A stretch of 64,000 bases of DNA from Geosiphon pyriformis uo1 (Eukaryota > Fungi > Glomeromycota): positions 282,203 to 346,202 of the forward strand of contig JAAOMT010000727.1 in assembly GCA_016748015.1 (NCBI GenBank), given 5' to 3'. The translations under genes were made by a program, and so were the position numbers. Below, piece after piece: positions 11,721 through 24,900 of this stretch (position 1 is its first letter; the number at the start of each line of letters is the position of its first letter). The notes beneath the pieces were generated by a model. That model was not told where the DNA came from. It saw only the letters and a program-made list of their open reading frames with translations, and ran no database searches.

Positions 11721-14375
11721 TTACAAGATTAAAAAATTTATTTACTATGCTTAATATTTTTTAGAATTTTGTTTTTTTTTAGTTAATATGTTTAAAAACT
11801 TTGTCTTAAAACTAAAATTTAATTTAATAATATGAATAATAATAATTTAGATACTATTAAAACACATTCTTTAAATAAAGAAACATATAACTATATAATT
11901 ACTTTGTAATAAATATTTAGTTTTAAAATTAAAAAAAACTAAATTGTTTTTAAGTAAGTTTATTTTTGATTTTAGAAATTTAAATAATATTATCAAAAAA
12001 CTTAGTAAGCAAAATTTACTTCTGGCTCTTTTTAATTTAGCTTAGTTAGTATTTTGATTAACTTGAATTGTTAATTATATGTAAAAAATATATAATTAAT
12101 ATTTAATTTAAGCTATTTAGTTTAATATATTATATTAAATAATTTTGAACATATTTTGTTAAAATATTAATACAAAAAAGTCTATTTTAGAATTAAAATT
12201 TTAATACTTAATTAAATAAATATTTTATATACAGAATTTGTAAACAAATATAATATAATAATAGATTTACAAATTATTAAAAACCTTTTTTTATATAAAT
12301 AAAAAATATATTATTTAATACAAATTTGTTTTGATTTTTTTTGATTTAATTTCTTAATTTAAAACAAGTTATTAAACTTAAATTTATAATTTTTATAGTA
12401 AAAATAGTTTTATTATTTATATATTTTTAATTATATAATATTTATTTATATATATATATATTTTAATAAATATATACAAAAACTTAATATTTTAAAAACT
12501 TAAATTATATATTATTTATATGTAGATAATTTTATTAAAATTTTTATTAACAATTTAAATAAAAATTGAATATTATATATTTTTAACATTACAAAAAATT
12601 TAAATTATAAAAATAAATTTTTAATTAATAAATATCTTAATTGTTTTTAAAAATATTATAAATTAACAAATTATATTATAGCTTTTTTATATTTAATTAT
12701 AGTTTATTTTAAAGATTTTTTATTTATTAAATAAAAGTAATTGTTATAATATTAATAATAATAACTTTATTTTAAATATTTTAAATATTTTTTAATAATG
12801 TATTTATATTTAAAGTTATTTTAAAAACATAATAATTACTTTTTGGTTTTATAAAAAATAATAATTTTTAATTATATTTATATTATATTTTTTAATATAA
12901 TATTATAATTAAATTTAATATATTAATAAATAACAAAAAAAAACAATATTGTATAGTAATAAAATAATCAAAAGATAATTTAATTTTAATAAACAATTAA
13001 ATTAATAAAGCTTTAATATATAAAATCAATTTTATAAATATTTTAATTATTATTCTTTTTAAAAGATAACAAAAAAATTTGAAAATTTGAAAATAATTTG
13101 TATTGTTAACAAAAAATAACACACTAGTATATAAAAATCCAATTAAGCCAAATTAAATTGAATTTTAAATACTGTTTAAATTTAGTTTCAATTATAAATT
13201 AAATTTGAACTAAACCAAATTTTCAAAGTAAATTCAGTTTTAATTTGAAATTAAAACTTTTTGGCAAATCTAAGTTTAGTTTAATCTAATTTAAAGTTTA
13301 TAAACTTATTTAAATTTGATAAAATTAAAAAAATATTTTGTATTACTTGTTTATTAATTATTACTTTGTTTTTTTTATTATAATCAGTTAAAAATATATA
13401 TAAAATTATATATGTATAACAACTCTATTTTTCAATTTATTAAAATAAATTTATTGCTTGTATTATCTAATATTATTAAAAATTCGAAATTCGAAATAAT
13501 GAAATTTAATAATCCAAATAATTTAAATATTAATATGTCTAATAAACATAATTTTTAAAGTAAAATATAAGACTATTTCAATAAGTTTAAGTAAAACTCT
13601 AAATATTTGGTCTTAAAATATGTATATAAAATATTTTTTTACAAAATTATTAGTATTGCTAACTTCTTATTAAACAGTATATATTATAATAAAGAATATT
13701 ATAAAAAAACAAAATGATCAAAAAAATTGTAAATAATCAAAGAAATGTTTTAACAAATAAATTTGCTATTTTTTTATGATTTTTTGACCAATCTAACTAG
13801 AAAATTACTTTAGTTTTTTGTAGTAATTGCAATTAATTTTAATAATTGCTATCTGGTTTATTAATTACCAGTAACTATTTGTTATAAAAAAATATTTTAA
13901 ATTAATTAAAATATTTTAATATTTAAATTCTGTTTTTTAATCTGTTTGTATTAATGTAATTAAAAATAAAGTTATAAAACTTTATACTTTATATAAACAA
14001 AAATTAAAACTAAGTACTACTTTTATTATGAAATGTTTTTTTATTTTACTTATATTTATAATATAATCATACTTAGGTACTATTAAGTCCAAAAAAATTT
14101 TTACATTAGATCTTTAAACATTTTTTAATAATAAAGTTTTTGTTTCAATTATTACTTATTATATCAAAAACAATTGAAATTTTTAATAAACAATAATTAA
14201 TTTTAGTTTAATAAGTAAATAATATAATAAAATAAATATTATAACCGAATTTTATAAAAGATTAAAAAATTAAAAAATTATATTAAAAATATGTATATAT
14301 ATTTTTTACATGAATTGAATTAAATTAATAATTAATAATAAAGTTAACATATTATATAAAAAATTAATATCATCT

Positions 14376-14700
14376 AAAACTTAAAATTATTATAATGTTC
14401 ATATTATTAAAAATCGTATTTTCTTAATATTAACTTAAGTTGGTTTTTATTATTGTTTTAAAGCCAAATTTTTGATATTAGTATTATTTAAGATTTAAAA
14501 TTATGATAGTGTTTATATTATTAAAAATTATATTTTCTTAATATTGATTTAAATTGGTTTTATTATTGTTTTAAAGCTAAATTTTCAATATTAATATTAT
14601 CTGAAAATCAGAGTTACTATCATACTTATAGCATTAAAAATTGCATTTATTTAATATTAGCTTAAATAATTTTTATTATTGTCTTAAGCCAAATTTTCAG
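14376..14700. repeat. Degenerate tandem repeat, about 114-bp unit, about 3 copies
   Basis: ATTAAAAATnnnATTTnnTTAATATT...TAA(A)GCYAAATTTT recurs at 14406, 14520 and 14633. Confidence 0.75.
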
Positions 14701-14879
14701 TTAAAAAAATTATATTTATTTTTTTATTAGTTATTAAATTAATTTTTTTTGACAGTTTTTGTTATTATTTTAGATAATACTACAAATAATAATATTTTTA
14801 TAAAAAAGTTAAAGAAAAAATTAGAAAAAAAATATTTAATTAAACTTAAAGTACTTTTAATTTTAATGCTTTAATCATA

Positions 14880-17800
14880 TTTTTTTTTATTAGAGTTTAA
14901 TAAACAAAGCCCAACCACTATTTAATACAATATAACCACATAGAGTCTTAAATTAGATGTGGCTCACATATTTTCTACATGTAACCAGCTACTCAAGCCA
15001 GTTTAAACTATACTATGTTGATGTATTAGAAGAAAACTTACCCAAAGATAACATTTTTTGAACAATGAGAAACAAAGTTGCACTACAAGGAACCAATCTA
15101 ACCAGTCATTTGGCTGTCTTCAAGGTATTAACTTTAACATCAATAGATTTATGTTCCCAAAGAGACATTAAGTTAGAAAACACTTCATCATACAAACCAA
15201 CTGGGTGCTCTAAATCATCAAACATATTAATATTCTCTATGTAGTACTTTTTTTTTTAAAAAACCACTTCTCTCTCCAACTTACCAACAATTTTACTAAA
15301 AGAACTTAAATGTATTATAACCTTATTGACTTTAAGACCAAGTTTACTGCTTGAGACCAAATCTCTATTAATAAATTGTTCGAACAATTTAACCAAGGAA
15401 CCAACTGATTTAATAATAGACTCAACTAAAACAGAAAGCTTGACCAAATCAAACTCCAAAGAAGCCAACCAAAAAGACACCAAGAGATTACCAACAACCA
15501 TAAAAAGAAAAGTAGGAGCTGTTAGAGGAAGAAATTCAAAAGAATCCAAGAAAGCAGAAGCTTTTGCATAAGAAATACCACTTATAAAATGTGTTCTAAA
15601 CATCTTAGGAGCCTTAGAAAAGAAAGACAAAAAAACTTTACAGTCTACAGCCAAATGACTTACTTCTTAACACTTAAAGCAGTGCTAACAACCAGAGGTT
15701 TCTCACTATTATGGGAGTGTTTTCTTGGTATATTTTAATTGTTGATCTCCCATTTTAATTGCAATTAGTCTCTTGTGAGTTTCTCTATTTTATGTGTTGG
15801 ATATTAATAATAATATACTGAAGGTTTTCTCTTAATGTTGTGATGTAAGTCTTTTCTTTAATTTTAGTTGTCTTTGTATGTTGTGTACCCCTTCCCAGAG
15901 GCTAATCTGAAATCTACCCACTGTTTGGGGTCTTTTCTGAAGCTATCTTTGCAATTGTCTGATGTGTTTCTCTAATCTAAAAACACAGAATGTTAATGGT
16001 CTTTTCACAATTTCCCTAAGTATATAATAAAGCTTTTTCAATTTAATTAATAACCATGTGAATAATTTTGATCAGGAATTATTCTTTCAAAGGATTCAGA
16101 GATAGAATAATAGTTTCATTTGCTAGAGAGGATATGTGAATTCTATTGTTAATCTCGTAATTGTGATGTTCATTCAATTTATTATTTTTTTTATTAATTC
16201 TTTTTGAATAAGATTTTATTTAGATATTTGTTGTTTCTAGTTGAAGCTTGTTCTTTTTCATCATTAAAAACTATTGTATATATATATAATTATTGTTTTA
16301 CAAAATAACGTCTTGTAATACTCTATTTCTATTATTTTTAAATAATGCTTGCTACTATTGTGAAATAGTACTTGCTGCTTTTGCATGATAGTGCTTGCTG
16401 CTATTGTATGATAGTGCTTGCTGCTATTGTAAAATAGTGCTTGCTGTTATTTGTAAATCATTTCTTTTTATAAATTGTTGCTGTGCTATTTCATAATTGG
16501 CTAATTTATATTATTTATAATTCTTATTAAATTCTTGAACTGTAACACCACCAAATATGGCATTTTTTTAAGGTACCAGTTTTGACAACTGCAAAGTTCA
16601 AATTAATTTGGGAACCAAATGTAACCAGAGCAAACTGAGAATGATGACCAAAATTAGACAAACAAGGAATAAAACAAGTTTAGTCACCAATTTGAGAGAT
16701 TATATTACTAATTTCAAAGACAGTACAGCCAAAAGAGAGATTGACCAACTTGGTCTTAAACCAATTACAAAACAAAATTGTCTCATTTTGATTGATAAGA
16801 GAAAAAATATGAATACTATTTTTGCCTACCAAAATTGACCAGTGAGTGAGAGCAGAAGCAGTAGCATGCAATTTTTTAAAATAAACAACCACATATTGCC
16901 AAACACTAGCAGATTTCAACATGACATGAGAAACTTTACCAAAAACACCAAGAGCTGACTTAATATTAGCAGCAGACACACCCAAAGCACATCACACAGT
17001 GCAATAGCAGCAGAAAAAAAACTAGATTCAGAAACAACTAAAGATTTGGCAATTTTAAGAGAGACAAAGTGAACAGAACTTATAAGCTCAACCAAAAATA
17101 CAGCATTCAGAGAATTTAAAGAAGCAAACTCCATACAGAAAAGTTTTATATTGTCTCTAAAAACAGATTTCACATCCAAAAAACCATGTATAGACTGAAA
17201 ACAGTCTTAACATAAGCCAATTTGATCTTAAAAGTAGCACCAAGCACCAGAATAGAGGCCACCTACTCAACAAATCTTTGATGACTAGCAATAGTTTCCC
17301 AAGCACCACTAGCAGCAGCATTAGAAACCAGAGGAGGTAATGATTCAGTTTCCATTTGGTCAGCCCAGTTCTCAGGAACAGGTAACACTATAGGAGACAA
17401 TTGTTTTGCTTCTAAGACTAATAATGATCTATTAAAAGACTTCACATTTGGCAATACAACTAGTAGTTAATTTTGGTCTATTTTGGATAACATGCTGGAT
17501 AATGCTATGGAGATCTTATCTAAAATCTTATTGAGAACCACAAAGAGGTTTGGTGTAACAATAGCAAAGGCAAACAATTGTCTTTACTTATCTGAATTTT
17601 TGGTCTTTTTGACCATTTTTTTGATGAGAAGATGCTAGCAGTACTAAATGTTAAAGTTATAAAGAGAAATATCAACTTGTTAACTGGTCTATTATTAAAC
17701 ATTTTTGGGCTCTTAATAGGAGTGGAGGCAACACTGAGACTAACCCAAGTGTGTTTCTTTAAAAGAATTTTAACTGGTAAAAAACCAGCCAAAGATGAGG

Positions 17801-18040
17801 AAGTTGTTTTAGTAGCTATTAAAGACAGTTTTTCATGATTACTAGGTAAAAAGAAGACTTCCAAAACGTTCTGTTTAGTTGCTTCTACTACAGAGAAAGC
17901 TTCTCTGGTTGAAATTTTATTAGATATCTCAGGAAAAATATCAGATACAGCTTTCTTATTTTTTGCTTTGATCATGGTCATAAAATTAAAGAGATAAAGA
18001 GCTTTTATCATATTTTTAACTAGTAATATAAACAATTTTA
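14880..18040 (-). mobile_element. ORF1-only non-LTR element (HAL1/half-LINE-like), interrupted by a solo LTR
   Basis: ORF1 fragments (WQYVVVYF...WSILVGK; CFKC*EVSHLAVDC knuckle at ~15642-15683) are homologous to LINE ORF1 at 45-46 kb. They are followed directly by a LINE-like 3' tail and poly-A (poly-T on + at ~14880). No ORF2. Confidence 0.7.
15707..16547 (-). mobile_element. Solo LTR (family of E)
   Basis: Homologous to 46146-47718; termini TATTATGG...CTGTAACA; TSD TCAC/CCAC; 21-bp repeats at 16355-16450. Confidence 0.8.
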
Positions 18041-20242
18041 AATAAAATAAAAAATAAAATTTCTAAAATATTTATTAATAACCCAAACTGAATATAATTT
18101 ACTTGAAATTTTTTTAATATAAATCTTATATAATTTAACTTTGTAATTTGTATCTTGTTTTAATATTTTAAATTTTTTAAATATATCTGTAATATATATT
18201 AAATTAAATACTATAAGCTTATTTTGAATTGTTTTATTTAGTAAAATTTTACTTATAATATGATTAAAAATAGTTTATTTTTTAAATTAACAAGTCTTTT
18301 ATATCTAATTTTATATATTTTAAATACAAAAATTTTAACTGTAAATTTATAAACATTTAACAATCTTATTAAAACTTATATTAATTTTTATTAATATGTT
18401 ATTTTACATAATTTGAGTTTTTTTTAATAAAATTGCTAAATTTCTTAAATTATTTAAGAATATTACAGTTAAAATATTAATTGATTTAAATAATACTGTT
18501 TTTTTAATTATTTTTTTCTTTAATATTTTTTTAATCATGTTAAAAATATAAATGATAATAATAAATTCGATAAAATATTATAATCTCAATTGGATTTATT
18601 TATTTATTTTAATATATTTAACATTAGATCTATTATTTATTATGATAATTAAACCAATAAAAAAAAATTATTTTAAAACAAATACAATTGTAATGTTTTG
18701 TATTATATTGAATTCAAAAAAAAGATTCTATTATTTTACAAAAAAAAAATTTTTAAATGATAATATTAATAAAATAAAAAAATTATAAATTATTTATTTA
18801 TTTAAATAGCTTTATTTCCAAATTTTATATAATAAATAAATTTTTAAAATATGTATTTTCTTTAAAATAAATATATACTAACTATTATACTTATATTAAA
18901 TAATAATTTTTTATTAAATAACAATTTTAATAATACTATACTATTAATTATATAGTTTATATTAGAAACAAACTTTGATAATAATAAAAAAAAAACTTAA
19001 CAAAATTGATTATTATATCTCTAAAAAAATAACCAATAAAAAAATAAATATAATGGCATAATAGAAAATATATTGCAAAAAATATCTATTTAAATTAATA
19101 TTTTTATTAAAAATTTGATATTTAAATATATTAAACATATTTTTTTTTCTTATATATATAATTTATAATTACTTAATAATTTAAAAATTATTTGTTACTT
19201 TTAAATGTGTTTTTTTTGCAAGTAAAAATATAATTACAAATAAAATTTTACTTAATACCTAAAACTATAAAAGCAGCATAATATTTTTAATCACAAATAT
19301 AAAGACTATTAAAAAAAATTAGTTAATAATATAATATAATTTTTTAATAATCAATTTAAACATGTTTATAAACTTTGAAACAAACTTGTTGTTTGAATTT
19401 AAGTTTAGTTTAAGTTTAGTAATTTTAAGTTTAGTTCAAGTTTAAATTGTTTGAATTTTATTTGATTTAATAATTTAATTAAATTTAGACTAAATTAAAC
19501 TAAATATTAAAATTTTATTAATATAATTCTATATCTTATATTAGCACTTTTAGAATTTAATAGCAAACATTTATTTAATATACTTTACAAAAATTAACAA
19601 TTATACAAATTAAAAAAAAAAGAAATAACAAAAAGTAAATAAAAAGTTGATATTATTAAATTAATCTAAGTATAAATTTAAATGTAAATATTTTTATATA
19701 GTTTTAAAAAATCTTGTTTATATACTCATAAAAAAAAATCAATAATTAAATTAGTAATTATATTAATAATTTGGTTATTAATTAAGTTAATGATTAAATT
19801 AATAACTAAGTTATTAATCAAATTATTAATTAAATTAATGATCATATTAACAATTATTTTTAAAAATAAGATAACTAATTAATAATATTAGTAACTAATA
19901 CATGTGATTAGTTATGACTAGTTAAATAAATAAAACTAAAAAGTAAAAGTTTTAATTATAACAATATAATAATATAATAAGTTTTTAAGTAAAACTGTTT
20001 ATAGCGTTTTTTATAAAAATAATATAGTTTTTTTGAAATTATAACTGGTATTTATATTTAAATATTTGTTTTAATTTTTTTAATAGTCAATAAAAAGTTT
20101 TTTTAAGTATTTTTTTTTTATTACTTTAATGAGTGAGATCCAAATGCTACCTAATGCAATATATCAAACTAAGTGATCTAAACTAGGCACAAATTATGCA
20201 CTTTCTACATGTGACCAGCCACTCAGACTGATTAAAACAACA

Positions 20243-20895
20243 TTACAAATCTATCAGAACAGAAACTATACTATCTACACCAGAAAAAAAACAGCAATAT
20301 TTATGAAAACTAAAACAGATACCAAGTGCCTCAGCAATCTCAAGCAACCTAATCACCCTAGCTGAAAACATACATAACAAATCACAAGTTACTGAATACA
20401 CAGAACCATCAAGCAGAATCAAACTGCTCTTTTCCATTAAAGCCTTATATTTAGCTCTAACCAATTATATGTCTATGTAGTGAGCAGCATCTAATTCCCA
20501 AACAAAATTAACAATAAACTTTCCTGCAGTTTTGGCATCACCCAGAATAGACATAGCTTCCTGAACCCAATCTTTAAACAAAAAGCCTTTGTCTACAGTG
20601 GTATACAACATATCATCAGTCACACACAAAGAAAGCACCTACAAGATGCGAGATAAAAGTAAACCCAAACCAGATACACAATGCTACTTGGCCAGATAAG
20701 ACATAAGAATGCTCTTACAGGCATCAGAATCAAATGTATAAACAAAGAAGTGATTGGAACTTTCCACATCACCACAGTACAGACATGAAACACTTAGGTA
20801 AACCTTACTATACAAATGCTTCTGTACAGCAACCAGTAGATGGTGGTAGAGAGTTTTTAAAAAATAAGAGTGCAAACTAGCTGTAGATTTACTGG
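20243..20895 (-). pseudogene. LINE ORF2 C-terminus with Cys/His finger
   Basis: CLYCGDVESSNHFF motif; stop after VSVLIDL. Confidence 0.8.
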
Positions 20896-21896
20896 TATTA
20901 CCAGTAGAATTTTAGCTATTAATTAGCATAAAATTACCCTTATAATTCCTATAATTAATTAGTATATTAATATCATTTCAAATTATCATTTATTATTTAA
21001 TCAATTATCACATATCATGATTTAATTAAATAATCTAATTAGTATAACAGAAAATAGAATGATCAAATTACACAATACCTTGAACTTTGTAACATTCAAA
21101 AATTCGCCAAAATTTACAGAAATTTGCTGAAATTTATATGAAATTTGCCGAAATTTATAGAAATTTGCTGAAATTATGAATAATTTACCCAAATTAATCA
21201 ATAGTTCAGCGAAATAACTTGTAATGCATCAAAATGTATCTTTAGTTTGCTGAAATTTGAGCAAAGAGAAAAAGTGCAAGTTTATAGACTAGTACTACAA
21301 CAAGTTGTATAAAAAAAAAGCTTTTTTCTTCAAGAAAATGTATCTTATTTTAGATTTATCCCTTAGAACTGTTCCTATATACACAAAAAAAAATAAATAT
21401 CAAATAATTCAAATAACCAAATTCTTTAATTATTGCACTTGGAAAATCTCCAAAACCCAATTAACATTTCGAAATTAATTAGCTACCAATTTCAGTAAAC
21501 TGTTAGTGACTTCAGGCCTGGATAGAAAATGTTTCCCTTGACAGAATTCAATTTCTTTTACATTTCTTTTATATTTCTTTTATTTTCTTATTATAATAAT
21601 TAGAGTAGCCTACAGACGAGATTCCTGTAGAAGAGTTGACTTTCACAGCAAAGTAACTACACATTTTTAAGTAAGCTTCTAGACAAGAAAGAGTTGACAT
21701 TTACTATAATGTAACTACATAAAGTAACTGGCAAAGAATTAGTCATTTTACTTATAAGCCCAGCAGTTCAAATTATAAGAAATAATTTGAAGATAAATTC
21801 AGTTATTAAAGGTTTAACTACTTCTAGCAAACGTGGATTTGCAACCAACAGACATTTACAACATTCAAAAAAAGAGACTAAAAACCTCTGGTAACA
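20896..21896 (+). repeat. 5' LTR of C
   Basis: TATTACCAG (decayed TGTTACCAG)...CTGGTAACA; direct repeat of 29842-30852. Confidence 0.94.
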
Positions 21897-21914
21897 TTTG
21901 GTGCTCTTCCATAG
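21897..21914 (+). promoter_or_regulatory. Primer-binding site of C (TGGTGCTCTTCCATAG)
   Basis: Immediately 3' of the LTR; TGG is complementary to tRNA CCA. Confidence 0.75.
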
Positions 21915-21929
21915 AAATAACACAGCAAC

Positions 21930-24900
21930 AACAAATTCAAAGTGGCAACCACACCAGACACAACAACTCTAGAGTATCATTAGTCAATTTACACCCACTG
22001 CAAACAAAAATTCAACATCCCAGACAGAATTGAAGTTGTCAAGAAATCAGTATACCAATATATTGAAAATTGCATCAACAATTATCTTTTTGGAAACTAC
22101 AACATTTCAAAAGTTAGAAGCAACCTCTACAATAATTTAAAGCACTATTCACAATTGGAAACAGAAGACCTGAACAGTAAAACACTTGCTACCTACTTCC
22201 AAAAACTTAATTTTAATATTATTGAGTACTGTGAAAAAAAATACCCAGTACAGCCCAAATATTCTTTTAACTTTGAATTAAAAACAGAGACAAGCAACAA
22301 AGACAAACAAAAAGTAAAACAATACTCAAGAACCACTCCAAACACTTCAATACTACTAAAGACAACTGCCAAACACTTGCAAACATCTAAACAAGGAACC
22401 AGTATCAAATTATCACTTTCTATTACACTATTTCCAATTTTACTTGTTCAACCACAAACACCAAGTTTACCACTTAACCGTTTCTCTAGACCAGAAGATT
22501 TTCAGTCATCTAGAAATCCTACTTAACAACAGGAACCAATATCAACAAGTGCCAATATTATTGATTACTTACAGGAAAACGAAAGTAATCATTCAGAAAG
22601 CTTGGAAAGTGAAAAAACTAAACCAGAACCAGAAAAAGCCACAGAAAATGAAGAAAAAATGGCAACTGCTTATATTGCAAAGATTCCAGAATTCACAAGT
22701 GAAGATAATGATACCAGTCCTCAAGAATGGCTTGACAAAGTTCAAAAAACAGGAGATGCAAATGGTTGGAATGCAGCAAGAATGCTTAAAGCAATTTCAT
22801 ACTTTCTCCAAGGAACTGCAGAAGAATGATTTAAAAACTTAGAAGAACTATTTAAAAACTGGCAAGCATTCAAAGATGCTTTTCTATAACAATTTACTGA
22901 CAACAACACTTCTATCACTCTCAGAAACCACTTTCACAATATCAAGCAAGAAATATCTGAAACTGTTATAACCTATCTTGGAAGATTCAACAAACTTCTC
23001 AGACAAATTTGACAATTGAAAACCAATGATTACTATTCTAATGCTCAAATTCTGGATTAGTTTATAGCAGGGTTAAAAGACAAACTGATTAAGAAAGTCC
23101 ATCTACATGTTCCAGCAGACTTAGCAACTGCCATTAGACATGCAAAGAATTATGAAATGGCTATGGAAGAAGTGAACTACACCAAACTTGTTAAATTGGC
23201 TATTGGAGAAACCAGCTCAGCAGCTGAAAAAAAGATAGACCAACTCACAAAGAAGGTTGAAAGCTATTTTACAAACCAACAACAACAGCAGCAACAACCA
23301 CAAAAATATCAACCATCACAGCAATACAACCAAAACAACTTTGGACCACCATCCAACAACCAATCTTAAAATTGTCACTATTGTGGAATTTCAAGACACT
23401 GGAAATGAGATTGCAGGAAACTACAAAGAGACCAACAAAACAGGAGTAATCAATGTTACTCTTCACTACAACAATCTTATTACCAACCCCCACCACCAAC
23501 TTATTATTCACCGAGACCACAAATTCAAAACAGCTATTATCAACCAGCTCCACAACCAATTCAACAACAATATCAGCAACCTTTACCAATTCAGCAATAT
23601 CAGACACCACCCACTCAACAATATCAAATACCAGCAAGAAGATTGGTTCAACATAACTAATTCACACCCCAAAATCAATTTCAGAATAATAACAACAGAA
23701 TTAATCCAAATAACCAGTTGGTTCTCCGAAATTCTGGTCAGCAAAGATCCAATCACTATTACACTTAATCCAGTTATCTTACAATACCAGAGGAATTGGA
23801 TTTTTAACAACCTGCACTTTTTAAAAGTGAAATTGCAACACCCAGATCAAACTCTTCCAACAACATTATTCCACCAGCTCAAATTGTCCAAAATGCCAAT
23901 CTTTCAGATATATTCCCATTCGAATTTGAAGCAAATGAATTACTATTCTTGCTTAGTAATACAGCAGCTAATAAACAAAAAGCTATCACTGCCATGTATA
24001 CTGAAGCTACAGTAGAAGGAAAACCCATCTGACTAATTCTAGACAATAGATCAGCTGGAAGTATTATCACCTACCAGTTAATGCAACAGCTTCAAAAAAC
24101 TGTTGACAGACCAGCCCAAACTGTAATTGTTACAGCAGATGGTATAAAAAAGACACCAGTAGGAGAAATTGACAATTTTCCATTCACCATTGATGGAATT
24201 ACCATTCCAGTCAAAGTTCTAGTCATGGATGCACCCCAATACCAAGCTTTGGTCGGAAATAATTGGCTTCTTAAGGCCAATGCAAACTTGGAGTGAGAAA
24301 CTCAGGAATTAAAAATCTCATACCAAGAATAATACACTATAGTATCTGCTACTTGTGGTACTTTTAACAAACAATCAAAAAAAGCCCCAGTATTTGAATT
24401 TGAAGAGGAAAAAGAAATGCCACTTACTCAAACCTACATGGCTCTTGGATCAACATCCAATTGGGCTGAGGAAACAGAACAGGAGATTTTTGAAGAATCA
24501 AGAGAATGGAAGAAAGTTAGATATTCTACACCAGAACCACGGAAACAACCATCCTATATTCCACTCAAATGCAAAGATTGCAACAAGAAACTTTCATCAA
24601 TGAGAGCATGTATTTCTCCAAAAGAAGAATATGAAACTCATACCTGTTACTTTTGCAAAGCATGCCATAAAAAACGATTTGGATCTCCAAAAAAAAGTGG
24701 AAAATAGGACAATACATCTTGTTTTACATGTGGAGATATGTTACCAGAAGAATGCAACTGGATTGATGTTGCAATAAGAGGAGGAATATGTGATCAAACC
24801 TGTCAATATGCTCTATCAATTTCGGAAAAAGTCAGAAGAGGAACACCATTTGATGCAGCATACAACAGTGTTTTCAATAAACTTTACCATTACCCTTATA

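Noticed and set aside
18552-18788. Short ORF in AT-rich DNA (also 3708-4004)
   Set aside because: I/K/N/F/L composition expected by chance; no motifs.
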